Virus record (IMG/VR): IMGVR_UViG_3300002039_000001
Span: 1 to 64,000 of that record
DNA: 64,000 bases
Reading direction: 5' to 3' (one strand)
Source: a virus
The notes below the pieces were generated by a model. It had not been told where the DNA came from. It did no database searches and saw only the letters and a program-made list of their open reading frames with translations. The position numbers were made by a program, and so were the translations under genes. Shown here in pieces: positions 53,402 through 62,221 of the stretch (its first letter is position 1; each line of letters begins with the position of its first letter).

Positions 53402-53575
53402 TCATGTCGACATATTCTCCATTTGTTGGACTGCTTGGACCATCGGCATTGTGTTGACCTCGGCGACTGCGTCGTCGTGAGCTAACCGATCACATTCATC
53501 ACAGTCATTCGGACACCCATCGGGACCCGACGTACGGCAACCCTCTTGCTTGTATCTCTTCGAGGTCGATGGCAC
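53402..53575 (-). CDS. possible 57-aa Cys-rich protein
   Basis: Hand translation VPSTSKRYKQEGCRTSGPDGCPNDCDECDRLAHDDAVAEVNTMPMVQAVQQMENMST*. The GTG start has poor RBS spacing. Confidence 0.3.
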   Translation of the reverse strand: MPSTSKRYKQEGCRTSGPDGCPNDCDECDRLAHDDAVAEVNTMPMVQAVQQMENMST

Positions 53576-53593
53576 GCTTCCGTGGGAACTCAG

Positions 53594-53863
53594 TCATCCG
53601 ACACCGAAGTCCACATCGAAGACACCCATCCCCTTGTACGTCTCACTGTCAACCCGACGGAACGCCACGTGCGCTTTCATTTCGAACACGGCACCACATC
53701 CGCATTCCACGTAGTAAGCGAACCCAGTGTTGCATATGTGGTTGAGTTCACCGCAGTCGGTGCATTTAAGGTCCATGCATACGGTGGTGCCTTTCCATTG
53801 TATGAACGCGTCACCGTCCTTGGATGCATCGGCACGGTCAGTAGCCCAATCACTGTCACCCAT
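53594..53863 (-). CDS. small Cys-rich (zinc-binding-like) protein
   Basis: ATG 53863 overlaps the upstream stop by 8 nt. ...CMDLKCTDCGELNHICNTGFAYYVECGCGAVFE... Confidence 0.5.
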   Translation of the reverse strand: MGDSDWATDRADASKDGDAFIQWKGTTVCMDLKCTDCGELNHICNTGFAYYVECGCGAVFEMKAHVAFRRVDSETYKGMGVFDVDFGVG

Positions 53864-54065
53864 TCGGATGATCCCTCCTCCAAAGTTCCCTAGCTTCATC
53901 CAGCCACTCACGAACAGTCATCGCCCCATTCGCCACCAGAGTCGACCGCCCCTTCACAACTTCGTCCACTGTTGTAGTAGCAGGCACACGCCGTCCGTTC
54001 TGTGACTTCGTGGTTTCTAGAACTTGCCCGGGTTGCCAATACCAATAGTCAGGCGTAGCGCTCAT
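53856..54065 (-). CDS. hypothetical small protein
   Basis: ATG 54065 with ATGA overlap to the upstream gene. 69 aa. Confidence 0.5.
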   Translation of the reverse strand: MSATPDYWYWQPGQVLETTKSQNGRRVPATTTVDEVVKGRSTLVANGAMTVREWLDEARELWRRDHPNG

Positions 54066-55006
54066 GTGAGTAGCTCCTTGCATCGGTCATCAAACGTCTT
54101 ATCGACGGACTTGAATTCTTCCATCATCGCGAGTGCTGCTGCTTCGGCTAGGAACAGATCCATATCGTCAGGGTCCGCCCTCTCATCGCCGGTACGTGCT
54201 CGTGCGCCTGTCAATCCCCACACGTTCGGTGTGCTGTCAACCATCCGTCCGAGCTCATGCCGCTCGGTTTCACGCATACGCCGTACCACATTGGGGTCGT
54301 CTGCTTGGTCGGTGTCGACATGCATAACCGATTCAGGTACACGTCGCGACCATTCACCACTGGGGGACGGAACGCTGTCGGGCGCTACCGCTTGCCAATC
54401 CCAAAGAGGACTGCCCACACCGATGGGTCCCCAGTCCCACATAGACCGACACGGCGGATGCGGCGCGTCCCACGAACGCTGGTAGCGACCAGTCGAAACC
54501 GGAGAACCCATCCTGTGGTTCTCCCAGATAACCCGCTGATACTCCGCCAACCGGTCCGCATCAACCACCGAATCACCGTCTCTGATCCGCTGCACCAACT
54601 CACGGGCACCAGCCACAATGCGATCACGCAACGCCGGAGTAACGTCCCCCGCCGCCGCTATACGGTCCACCAACGACATGTCAGGCCCCGGATACGCACC
54701 ACCAAGCCGATCAGTTTGTTGGGTGACCAGTTCAGACATGGTCCCAGCCGCAGAACGGTACCGCGACAGCATCTCCTCGGCGTCATCCACCGTACGGAGG
54801 AATGGTGCCTCGTCTAGCCACATGTGCCCCGCAGCCATACCGCTCATGCTGTCTTCGTGGCCTGCTGGGGTGTCCCACCTCACCTCATCAACAGGAACAG
54901 ACCATCGACGCACATACCCAACCCGTTCCGTCTCGTCCTCATCGTCGCTCTCATGCACAACACCCACACTACCCGCCCACCCACACACCAACCTGACAAC
55001 TACCAC
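54062..55006 (-). CDS. hypothetical protein (start uncertain)
   Basis: 314-aa ORF from GTG 55006, Trp-rich and acidic. Internal GTG starts are possible. Confidence 0.55.
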   Translation of the reverse strand: MVVVRLVCGWAGSVGVVHESDDEDETERVGYVRRWSVPVDEVRWDTPAGHEDSMSGMAAGHMWLDEAPFLRTVDDAEEMLSRYRSAAGTMSELVTQQTDRLGGAYPGPDMSLVDRIAAAGDVTPALRDRIVAGARELVQRIRDGDSVVDADRLAEYQRVIWENHRMGSPVSTGRYQRSWDAPHPPCRSMWDWGPIGVGSPLWDWQAVAPDSVPSPSGEWSRRVPESVMHVDTDQADDPNVVRRMRETERHELGRMVDSTPNVWGLTGARARTGDERADPDDMDLFLAEAAALAMMEEFKSVDKTFDDRCKELLT

Positions 55007-55071
55007 CCCACATCAGGGGAGGGGACGCCAACCACAGCGCACAAACGTGGGGAATCACCGAGCTACCACTA

Positions 55072-55782
55072 GTGGCATCAACCAGCAAACCAACCAAAAA
55101 GAAGACCGCCCGCAAACCAGCCAAGAAGCAGGTTGCGAAGGCGAAGACCAAACCAGCACCACGCAAGAAACATCCGGGCAAGGTCCGGGCCGGAGCGAAG
55201 AACTTCCCGCCTGAGGTGATCCTCGAGCAGCAGAATCACGCCATCCGGTTGAAGCGGATGGACCCGAAGATCACATGGGTCGCTATGGCGAAAGAGATTG
55301 GTGTGGAGTCGCATAAGACCGCGCAGAAGCGTCATGACGACGCGGTTGCGGCTATGCGACCTCACGCCGATTTCGACGAGTACCGCGCCCGTCATCTGTT
55401 CGATAACACGTTTACGCGGGGTCACGTGTTGACGGCGTTGCAGAAGATCGCTGATGAGATCGACAAGTGGGTTCCGACCCGTAATGTCACGAAGGTTGTG
55501 CCGGGGTTAGGGACGGTCGATGTGGACGAATCCAAAATTGATGAACTCACCGGCTTGGTGGATGCCATGGCGAAGATGACCGCGTCGCTGTTGAAGATCA
55601 ACGAACGCGAAGCCAAACTCCTGTTGTTGGATAAGACACCGGTCGGTGGCCGTGACCTGTCGACGTTCACTGATGAGCAGTTGGCTCGTCTGGTGGTTGA
55701 TCAGATGGCGGAGGCGTTACCGGACGGCATCTTGGAGGACATGTTCTCTAATTTGGAGACGATGCTCGAGGAAGCATCATGA
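55072..55782 (+). CDS. terminase small subunit candidate (basic N-terminus plus HTH-like segment)
   Basis: 236 aa. KPTKKKTARKPAKKQVAKAKTKPAPRKK, then ITWVAMAKEIGVESHKTAQKR. First gene of the operon that contains the large terminase gene. Confidence 0.4.
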   Translation: MASTSKPTKKKTARKPAKKQVAKAKTKPAPRKKHPGKVRAGAKNFPPEVILEQQNHAIRLKRMDPKITWVAMAKEIGVESHKTAQKRHDDAVAAMRPHADFDEYRARHLFDNTFTRGHVLTALQKIADEIDKWVPTRNVTKVVPGLGTVDVDESKIDELTGLVDAMAKMTASLLKINEREAKLLLLDKTPVGGRDLSTFTDEQLARLVVDQMAEALPDGILEDMFSNLETMLEEAS

Positions 55783-55976
55783 GAGTTACTGGTACAAGAG
55801 TCGAATCGATCGGCGAGGACCTATGGGGTTGGGAAGTCACACTCGTCGACAATCTGACAATGAACCGTACGTTCCGTGGTTTGGAAGGCACCGAAGAGGA
55901 CGCCGAGACAGCGCTTCGTGAGAAGGCCTGGGTCGAAGCAGGCGTCACAGTCCCCACCAGCGGCGTCGCATCATGA
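55779..55976 (+). CDS. hypothetical small protein
   Basis: 65 aa with ATGA overlaps on both sides. Confidence 0.45.
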   Translation: MRVTGTRVESIGEDLWGWEVTLVDNLTMNRTFRGLEGTEEDAETALREKAWVEAGVTVPTSGVAS

Positions 55977-56410
55977 GAGTGATCAGAGGAGGAAGAGCAT
56001 CGGGTAAGACATGGCGCATCATCACCGAACTCGAAGACGAAGCGCAACGCCTCAACGGACACGCCGTCCTATTCGTCGCCAACCAGCATGACGTCGACAG
56101 AACCACCGAACTGATACGGCAACGCACCGACATCGACCGAGTCAAACCCGTCGCCTACCGCAAGGCAGACCACCTACGCGGCCGGACCGACATCGTCGCT
56201 TTGGGTATGGACATCCCATCATGGAACCGCACTATGGAACTCTGCTACAGCGGGCAACACTCATCCATCCTTAGCCTCACATCGATCGTCACTGCAGGCC
56301 TCGACGTAGACATCGTCGACTCATACGACTACCTTCCCGACGACAAGAAGGAAAACCTCGACAAGGTCCGGGCGGAACTAGCCGACACGTACGGCATGAC
56401 AAGCGTCTAA
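55973..56410 (+). CDS. small P-loop protein
   Basis: 145 aa. GGRASGKT (Walker A-like) at residues 6-13 and IVALGMD as a possible Walker B. Confidence 0.5.
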   Translation: MRVIRGGRASGKTWRIITELEDEAQRLNGHAVLFVANQHDVDRTTELIRQRTDIDRVKPVAYRKADHLRGRTDIVALGMDIPSWNRTMELCYSGQHSSILSLTSIVTAGLDVDIVDSYDYLPDDKKENLDKVRAELADTYGMTSV

Positions 56411-56415
56411 CCCCC

Positions 56416-57822
56416 GTGTCGCTAAGAGCAGGTCAAGAAGCATTACAAGGCCTCACCACCCGACAACGCGAAGCGTACCTACAAGCCGCCCTAGCCGAAC
56501 TCGTCAACCGGTCAGCAGCCAAAGACCGCACACCATTCGAAGTCGCACTACAGGACTACCAAAAAGCACCCGAAGGCGACTGGCGCGTCCGACTGTTCAG
56601 AGCAGGCCGCGGCGCAGGCAAAACCCACTCCGGCGCCGCGTGGTCCGCCGAACAAGCCGAGAACGTTCACCCCGGCAAAGTCGGAATGGTCGTCGGTCCC
56701 AATTACACGACCGTTAAGCAGGTCATGATCGAAGGCCAAGGATCAGGCCTCCTCGACATATTGGGTGACCGAGTCAAGCGGTACGTCAAATCACCGGACC
56801 TCGAAATTCATTTGAAGTCCGGGTCGGTGATCCTCGCCCGATCCGCTGAACGACCCGAATCGATTCGTGGAGCGAACCTGTCATGGGCGTGGGCTGACGA
56901 GCTGCAGGACTGGCGATACCGCGAAGCATGGCACGACTCGCTCATGCCGGCGTTGCGTATCGGCAACCTCCCCCAAGTCATGGTGACTTGCACACCGAGG
57001 TCAGTTGGCCTGATTCGGGACCTCCGGGAAATGGTCGAATCCGGCAACCCGAGAATCGTTGAACAAACAGCAACGATGTTCGACAACCTGTTCCTATCGG
57101 AGCACGCCAAACAAGACTTGTTGGATCAGTACGGCGGAACAGAGATCGGTAGGCGTGAGCTCTACGGCGAGTACGTCGACTCCGTCATCGGTGCGGTGTG
57201 GAAGGAAGCATGGATCAAAACGGATTTGCCGTGGCAAACGATCGCGTCGCTCCATGGAGGACTGGCCGACTGCGTTGTCGGTGTTGACCCGACCGGTCAG
57301 GCTGAAGGGTTGGGCGATGAGTGCGGAATGATCGTCGCTGGTCGTACGCAAACGGGGCGTGGTGTGGTCATCGCTGATGAAACGATCTCCGGGTCACCGG
57401 GCGAGTGGATCGATCATCTGGCGGATGTGTTCTATTCGGAGTACACACCGGACCGTTGGTCGCCGCGCACCGTCGTGATTGAGGGTGACGGGTCGCACGC
57501 CAATTTCGCTAAGGAGATCTTGAACAGGTCGAATCACAACATCCCGTTTGATATTGTGAATACGGGGTCGGTGTCGAAGCTGGATCGTGCCCGCCCTATT
57601 TCGACGATGTGGGAACAGGGCCGTGTTGATCATTTGGATGAGTTCGATTTGTTGGTGGATCAGATGTTGACGTGGGTTCCTGGTGAGGTGAAGGGTTATT
57701 CGCCGGATCGTGTGGATGCGTTGGTGTGGGCGATGTCGTATCTGTTTCCGTCTCGGGCGAACAAGGCGACGTCGGTTGGTCGTCAGCATCAGCGGGGACG
57801 TACGCGCGACGGACGACGATAG
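56416..57822 (+). CDS. terL: terminase large subunit
   Basis: 468 aa. FRAGRGAGKTHSG (Walker A), WAWADELQDW (Walker B region), C-terminal nuclease-like VGVDPTGQAEGLGDECGMIVAG ... RVDALVWA. Confidence 0.85.
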   Translation: MSLRAGQEALQGLTTRQREAYLQAALAELVNRSAAKDRTPFEVALQDYQKAPEGDWRVRLFRAGRGAGKTHSGAAWSAEQAENVHPGKVGMVVGPNYTTVKQVMIEGQGSGLLDILGDRVKRYVKSPDLEIHLKSGSVILARSAERPESIRGANLSWAWADELQDWRYREAWHDSLMPALRIGNLPQVMVTCTPRSVGLIRDLREMVESGNPRIVEQTATMFDNLFLSEHAKQDLLDQYGGTEIGRRELYGEYVDSVIGAVWKEAWIKTDLPWQTIASLHGGLADCVVGVDPTGQAEGLGDECGMIVAGRTQTGRGVVIADETISGSPGEWIDHLADVFYSEYTPDRWSPRTVVIEGDGSHANFAKEILNRSNHNIPFDIVNTGSVSKLDRARPISTMWEQGRVDHLDEFDLLVDQMLTWVPGEVKGYSPDRVDALVWAMSYLFPSRANKATSVGRQHQRGRTRDGRR

Positions 57823-57888
57823 AGCGGTTAGACTGGTTTTCCGTGGACATTGTGTCCGCTCCTCACCGCCCAGAGGAACTACATGTGC

Positions 57889-57925
57889 GGACCGGCCCTC
57901 TTTTGTCACTGATCGGGGCCGGTCC
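57889..57925. terminator. 10-bp GC hairpin between convergent genes (candidate bidirectional terminator)
   Basis: GGACCGGCCC (57889-57898) pairs with GGGCCGGTCC (57916-57925). The loop contains TTTT and the stop codon of the minus-strand gene. Confidence 0.45.
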
Positions 57926-58646
57926 CACATTTATCACCGGTTCCGTATGGTTGACGCACCGCGGTGACACCTCGAGCGGCGAGGTCACCCCGCACCACAC
58001 TGATGGTGACGTCGAGCATGGCGGCGATCTCCAACGGTGTGGAGGTCACGGCCAAGGCCTGCACCTTGTCACGACGAGTTTTCGTGGCTTTGCGTTCACC
58101 GCTGTGTCGGTTCCCGGGTGGGTTGTGCGGTTTCAACCCCAACCGCTTCATACACCGACTCACACCGGGAACGCTCATACCGATCAGGTTCCCGATCTCA
58201 CGTTGAATCAAACCCTGTGCATGGAGTTCGGTGATGCGCTGATCGACTTCGTCCCGGCGTAGCTTCGTGGTCCGACCGGTAGCCCGCAGTTCTTTCATCA
58301 CCATTTCCCGGGTGGCGGCGAGGATGTCGTTCATGGAGTGGCCTTGGTCGTACATGTCGATCGCCAATGCGAGTTCTTCGTCGGTGACCGGCCGCGGTAT
58401 CAGCGGTGTCGGGTCGCGTTCCTGGTTGTTGAGCGCACGGGCGTAGCATTTGCTGCACAAGCCTTTGGCGTATTGGCCTTCGTCGTTGCAGTAAGTGCAC
58501 GGCGGGCCGTTCGCAGCACGCTTGTGGCGTTGTTCGGCGCAGTTTTTGGTGTTGGCGGCTGTGCAAGGGTCGCATCTGCATTTGAGGTTGCTGTATCCGT
58601 TGTAGGTGCCGTGACGTGGGTCGTCATCTGCGAGTGTTGTTGTCAT
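57906..58646 (-). CDS. multi-HTH DNA-binding regulator with N-terminal Cys motifs
   Basis: 246 aa. HGTYNGYSNLKCRCDPC, CTYCNDEGQYAKGLCSKCYAR, then HTH-like LIQREIGNLIGMSVPGVSRCMKRLG and PLEIAAMLDVTISVVRGDL. Confidence 0.6.
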   Translation of the reverse strand: MTTTLADDDPRHGTYNGYSNLKCRCDPCTAANTKNCAEQRHKRAANGPPCTYCNDEGQYAKGLCSKCYARALNNQERDPTPLIPRPVTDEELALAIDMYDQGHSMNDILAATREMVMKELRATGRTTKLRRDEVDQRITELHAQGLIQREIGNLIGMSVPGVSRCMKRLGLKPHNPPGNRHSGERKATKTRRDKVQALAVTSTPLEIAAMLDVTISVVRGDLAARGVTAVRQPYGTGDKCGTGPDQ

Positions 58647-58700
58647 GCCAACATGTTAGTGTATGGTGTGACAACGCAACAACAGAATGGACCACAGCAC

Positions 58701-59081
58701 ATGGACCCACTCAAATTCACCGACAGCGCCGGCGACCACCTAACACTCGCCACATGGACAGCCGGCAACACATGCGCAAGCGTCAACGTAAACAACGAAT
58801 CCGTATGGCTCACATGGGGCGACGCGCAACAACTCGCCGACTGGCTCACTCAACGACTCAAGGACAAGCCGCAACCCAAACTCGAGGTAGGCGCACCAAT
58901 CCGCCCAACCGACGACGAAAGCGGAGACTTTCCCCGATTCATCACATGGATAAGCAGCGACGAACAACATTACAACGTCCACTTCCGCGTATACAGAGCG
59001 TCTCAATGGTGGTCGTACCGAATCAACAGTGATGAGCTGGTTGTGTTGGATGCTGTACCAGAACACTGGAACCAACAATGA
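58701..59081 (+). CDS. hypothetical protein
   Basis: ATG 58701. The upstream part of track ORF 58338-59081 is antisense to 57906-58646. Confidence 0.55.
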   Translation: MDPLKFTDSAGDHLTLATWTAGNTCASVNVNNESVWLTWGDAQQLADWLTQRLKDKPQPKLEVGAPIRPTDDESGDFPRFITWISSDEQHYNVHFRVYRASQWWSYRINSDELVVLDAVPEHWNQQ

Positions 59082-59242
59082 GCTGGCAACACTGGGCAAT
59101 AGTCGCCTTACTCACCTTTGAGATAGTCTCGGCACCTTCCGGCATCGGTAAGCCACGCGAACCGAAGTCCGTAACACTGGCCATCTCTAATTCGGTGGTG
59201 TTCGCCTGTTTGCTGATCCTTCTGGTTTGGGGGCAGTCATGA
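59078..59242 (+). CDS. 54-aa membrane peptide
   Basis: Hand translation MSWQHWAIVALLTFEIVSAPSGIGKPREPKSVTLAISNSVVFACLLILLVWGQS*. ATGA overlaps at both ends. Confidence 0.4.
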   Translation: MSWQHWAIVALLTFEIVSAPSGIGKPREPKSVTLAISNSVVFACLLILLVWGQS

Positions 59243-59532
59243 GCTTGGCGGACCAGATTGCTTTCAAAGAGGAAGACAATCGGCGGTTGCGTCGGCTTGT
59301 GACTGAGGCCGCGGCGCGTGCTGACCGTATGACACGAGCACTCGCCAAACTGGAGCCGGTACCGCAACTCGGTTATCTGACCGTGCCGCTATACCGATGC
59401 CCCACCGATTGCCGTGGTTCTGATTGGACTAGTAACCGCTGGTATCACCGCAACGAGATCGACCACACCGATGATTGCGCCTATGCCGCGGCTGTGGAGT
59501 GGGTAGCCGCAAACCCAAAGGAGAAGACATGA
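59239..59532 (+). CDS. hypothetical protein (RCP-x2-C ... H-x-D-x-C motif)
   Basis: ATG 59239. 97 aa. LYRCPTDC...IDHTDDCAYAAAVEW. Motif paralogue at 63488-63832. Confidence 0.5.
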   Translation: MSLADQIAFKEEDNRRLRRLVTEAAARADRMTRALAKLEPVPQLGYLTVPLYRCPTDCRGSDWTSNRWYHRNEIDHTDDCAYAAAVEWVAANPKEKT

Positions 59533-60257
59533 GCACAGAACCACGCCTGTACGGCCTCCCTGACGCTGAAGAGCTTTGGGACGACCCCGGAGCGGTTTGG
59601 GAATCAGACATCCAACCTTGGTACAGGGGCGGCGGTGACACATGGACGATTGAAGAATGGACTATTCGACCAAACGCCGAACTAGTAGGAGACCCGCAAC
59701 CCATAGCGGAGACCGTCGCAGAATATGCGTCTGACCAGATGGGATTAGAGGCGGGTTGGGACTACTGGGAAGCAGCATCGAAAGACCCGGAGGTGTTGCA
59801 AGCGTTCCAAAAGGCGATGTGGCTTTTGGCAAGCAAGGTCAGCTACAAGCAAGCCGACGAACGTGTCGCCGTGCATGTCGTCACTTTGCAAGATGGCGAT
59901 TGGGGTCGTCCATTACTGAATGGTGAACCGCTGGATGTGCCTGCTGTTGTCCCGGAGAGTCGTGAGCATTTGGAACCGCCTCGGCGATGGTCACTGTTTC
60001 ACCCGCTACCCAAAGGAGAACACATGAGCAAGTACAAATCTGGTGACGTGGTTTCGGTGGACGGTTATGGCGCGTACACCGTCAGCGTCGACAACGGTCA
60101 CGCTGTTTGGTTGGCCGACCTACCAGATCGAATGGCAATCGACGAAGGCCACATGGTCAATAGTCGCGGTGTGCGTCATGGAGATTGGGGCGCTCCGCCG
60201 CGCTACAACCGATGGGTTGTAAAATCCCGAGTTGGTATCCCGGAGACCGAACAATGA
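59529..60257 (+). CDS. hypothetical protein (possibly two fused genes)
   Basis: 242-aa ORF. An in-frame internal aaaggagaacacATG lies at 60024. Confidence 0.5.
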   Translation: MSTEPRLYGLPDAEELWDDPGAVWESDIQPWYRGGGDTWTIEEWTIRPNAELVGDPQPIAETVAEYASDQMGLEAGWDYWEAASKDPEVLQAFQKAMWLLASKVSYKQADERVAVHVVTLQDGDWGRPLLNGEPLDVPAVVPESREHLEPPRRWSLFHPLPKGEHMSKYKSGDVVSVDGYGAYTVSVDNGHAVWLADLPDRMAIDEGHMVNSRGVRHGDWGAPPRYNRWVVKSRVGIPETEQ

Positions 60258-60598
60258 GCGTCGCTGAACGGATCATCGAGTTTCTGCTGAGACGTATCAA
60301 CCCGCCGAACCCGCCGTTCATTGAGGAGTTCGACGAGATGGGCCACCAATGCCAGGGAGAGCGAACCAATGAGCGTCACCGAGGCCGAACAGTGAGGGGT
60401 TTGGTTGTTGCGTTGATGCTCCTAACCGCCTGCGGTTCTTTCGACGGGAATAGGGTTGATATTCCCGGTGACGTAGACGGAACGATGGTCACGGCGTGTC
60501 ATGACGGTTACGCGTTCGCTGTGTACGACGGGTTTCGTGCGGGTGGGTTGACGCGGTTCCCGGAGATGGACCACCAATGTGAGGAGACTGAACAATGA
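60254..60598 (+). CDS. hypothetical protein; C-terminal 68 codons look like a lipoprotein precursor
   Basis: ORF from ATG 60254. From GTG 60392: VRGLVVALMLLTACGS (signal plus lipobox-like LTAC). Internal duplicated junction block. Confidence 0.45.
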   Translation: MSVAERIIEFLLRRINPPNPPFIEEFDEMGHQCQGERTNERHRGRTVRGLVVALMLLTACGSFDGNRVDIPGDVDGTMVTACHDGYAFAVYDGFRAGGLTRFPEMDHQCEETEQ

Positions 60599-60915
60599 GC
60601 GACGAACAGCAACGACAAACCTTGATCAGCATATGCGAGCGAGCGATCGTCAACCAAGACAAATGGGACGACCGCGACTCATCGGCCGCGCACAAACAAC
60701 TCGGCGTGTGCTGGTCGCTACTCAAAGCCGGATGTGACTTCCATGCGATGAAGGACCCTGACCGGGAAACGCTCTGGGTGCAGGTGTCGTTTCGTGGGTT
60801 CAACTGGTTTGAGTACGGCGACACGGACGACGGATACGACCCATTGGATAATGACCGGTTCTATTTGCCAACCGTGGAGCGACTGAATGCTGCTGATGGT
60901 GGGGACTGGTACTGA
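60595..60915 (+). CDS. hypothetical protein
   Basis: 106 aa with ATGA overlap. Confidence 0.55.
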   Translation: MSDEQQRQTLISICERAIVNQDKWDDRDSSAAHKQLGVCWSLLKAGCDFHAMKDPDRETLWVQVSFRGFNWFEYGDTDDGYDPLDNDRFYLPTVERLNAADGGDWY

Positions 60916-61487
60916 TGACTTTGTGGCGTGCGTTAACACTGCCCGACGGCTACAGCCGACGAATCCCCCTCGATCTCACGCAGCCTTGTTGGCCTTGGAA
61001 GGGAACAATTGCCGACCATGGCTATGGGGTCGTGATGATCGACTCTAAAACCAAGTATGTACACCGCCTGTCCTACCAGTTGCACGTCGGACCAATACCG
61101 CGCGGGTGGGAACTGGATCACGTCTGCCACACTGCCGCAGTCGATGTATGCGTAAGCGGTGACGAATGCCCTCACAGGTCATGTTGGAACCCTGCCCACC
61201 TAGAAGCTGTGACCAGCAAAGTCAACACCGAGCGTGGCAACCATCCCATGTTCGCCATCAAACGATCCAACATTTGCGGTAGAGGACACGATCTCACAAT
61301 CGAGGAGAACGTAACCATCCGGGCTAACGGCAACAGACGTTGCAGACTATGCGCCCGAGTGACCTATCTCGAACGTAAGGAAAAGGCAAAGACCGGCCCG
61401 AAGTGCGAGTGCGGCAAGCTCGTTCATGCTCGCGGGCTGTGCAGTGGCTGCTATGAGCGACGTAGGCGGATGGGAGAGTTCAAATGA
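60915..61487 (+). CDS. HNH endonuclease (HNH_3-like) with C-terminal Cys motifs
   Basis: WELDHVCHT...CWNPAHLEAVTSKVNTERGN, then CRLCARV and CECGKLVHARGLCSGCYERRRRMG. Confidence 0.75.
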   Translation: MTLWRALTLPDGYSRRIPLDLTQPCWPWKGTIADHGYGVVMIDSKTKYVHRLSYQLHVGPIPRGWELDHVCHTAAVDVCVSGDECPHRSCWNPAHLEAVTSKVNTERGNHPMFAIKRSNICGRGHDLTIEENVTIRANGNRRCRLCARVTYLERKEKAKTGPKCECGKLVHARGLCSGCYERRRRMGEFK

Positions 61488-62221
61488 ATACCCAATGGAG
61501 GTGCCTGACGCTTCCTCAACCCCACCCGTGGAGTGTGAGCTTCGCGGGTTGTGATGTGATCAATCGGACGTGGCAACCATCCCCCAAACTGTTCGAACGT
61601 GAAACGACTGTTTACGGATGTCATCGTTTGGGCGGCACCATAGCCGAGTCGTACGCTTCGCTGCGAGCACAAGAAGCGGGCGAGTCTTATGACACTGTTC
61701 ATGTTGTGGGTTGTCCGGGGTCATCGGCTGAGCACACTTACGAAGGTATGGGGTATTACCGGTCGACGTTTTTTGAGCCGTTGTGGGTGATGATTCACGC
61801 CGGGCAACAATGGGACAAGACGCTCCCGAAGTACATGGACCCACCGTTCGGAACCATGAAGCATTCCGCATGGCTGACCCCTACCGTGTCGGCGCTTGCT
61901 GATGGACACTCGGTGATCGGGTCAACGTGGGCGGATGGTGAGGCGACCGCTCTCATGACGCCTTCGCCGTTTGGTGCTGTTGTTGCGGTAGCCCGCATCG
62001 ACTCAGTGCATGAATCCGAGTTGTGTTGGAACGGTGAGGCGGGGAAGGATCTCCGGTTCTGTTCGCAGTGGGCGCACGCAGGCGACGATGAGGAAAACCC
62101 CATGTTCCATTGGGTGTTGGCTGATGTGCAGGTGTTGGGTACTCCGGTACCAGCGAAAGGCCGGCAAGGACTATGGAAACCGAGCGTGGAGCTCGTACAA
62201 CAAGTTGAGGAACAACTATGA
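61484..62221 (+). CDS. hypothetical protein (weak ASCH-like N-terminal motif)
   Basis: 245 aa. CLTLPQPHPWSVSFAGCDVINRTW resembles the QPWA...K..E.R start of ASCH-type domains. Low certainty. Confidence 0.5.
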   Translation: MNTQWRCLTLPQPHPWSVSFAGCDVINRTWQPSPKLFERETTVYGCHRLGGTIAESYASLRAQEAGESYDTVHVVGCPGSSAEHTYEGMGYYRSTFFEPLWVMIHAGQQWDKTLPKYMDPPFGTMKHSAWLTPTVSALADGHSVIGSTWADGEATALMTPSPFGAVVAVARIDSVHESELCWNGEAGKDLRFCSQWAHAGDDEENPMFHWVLADVQVLGTPVPAKGRQGLWKPSVELVQQVEEQL

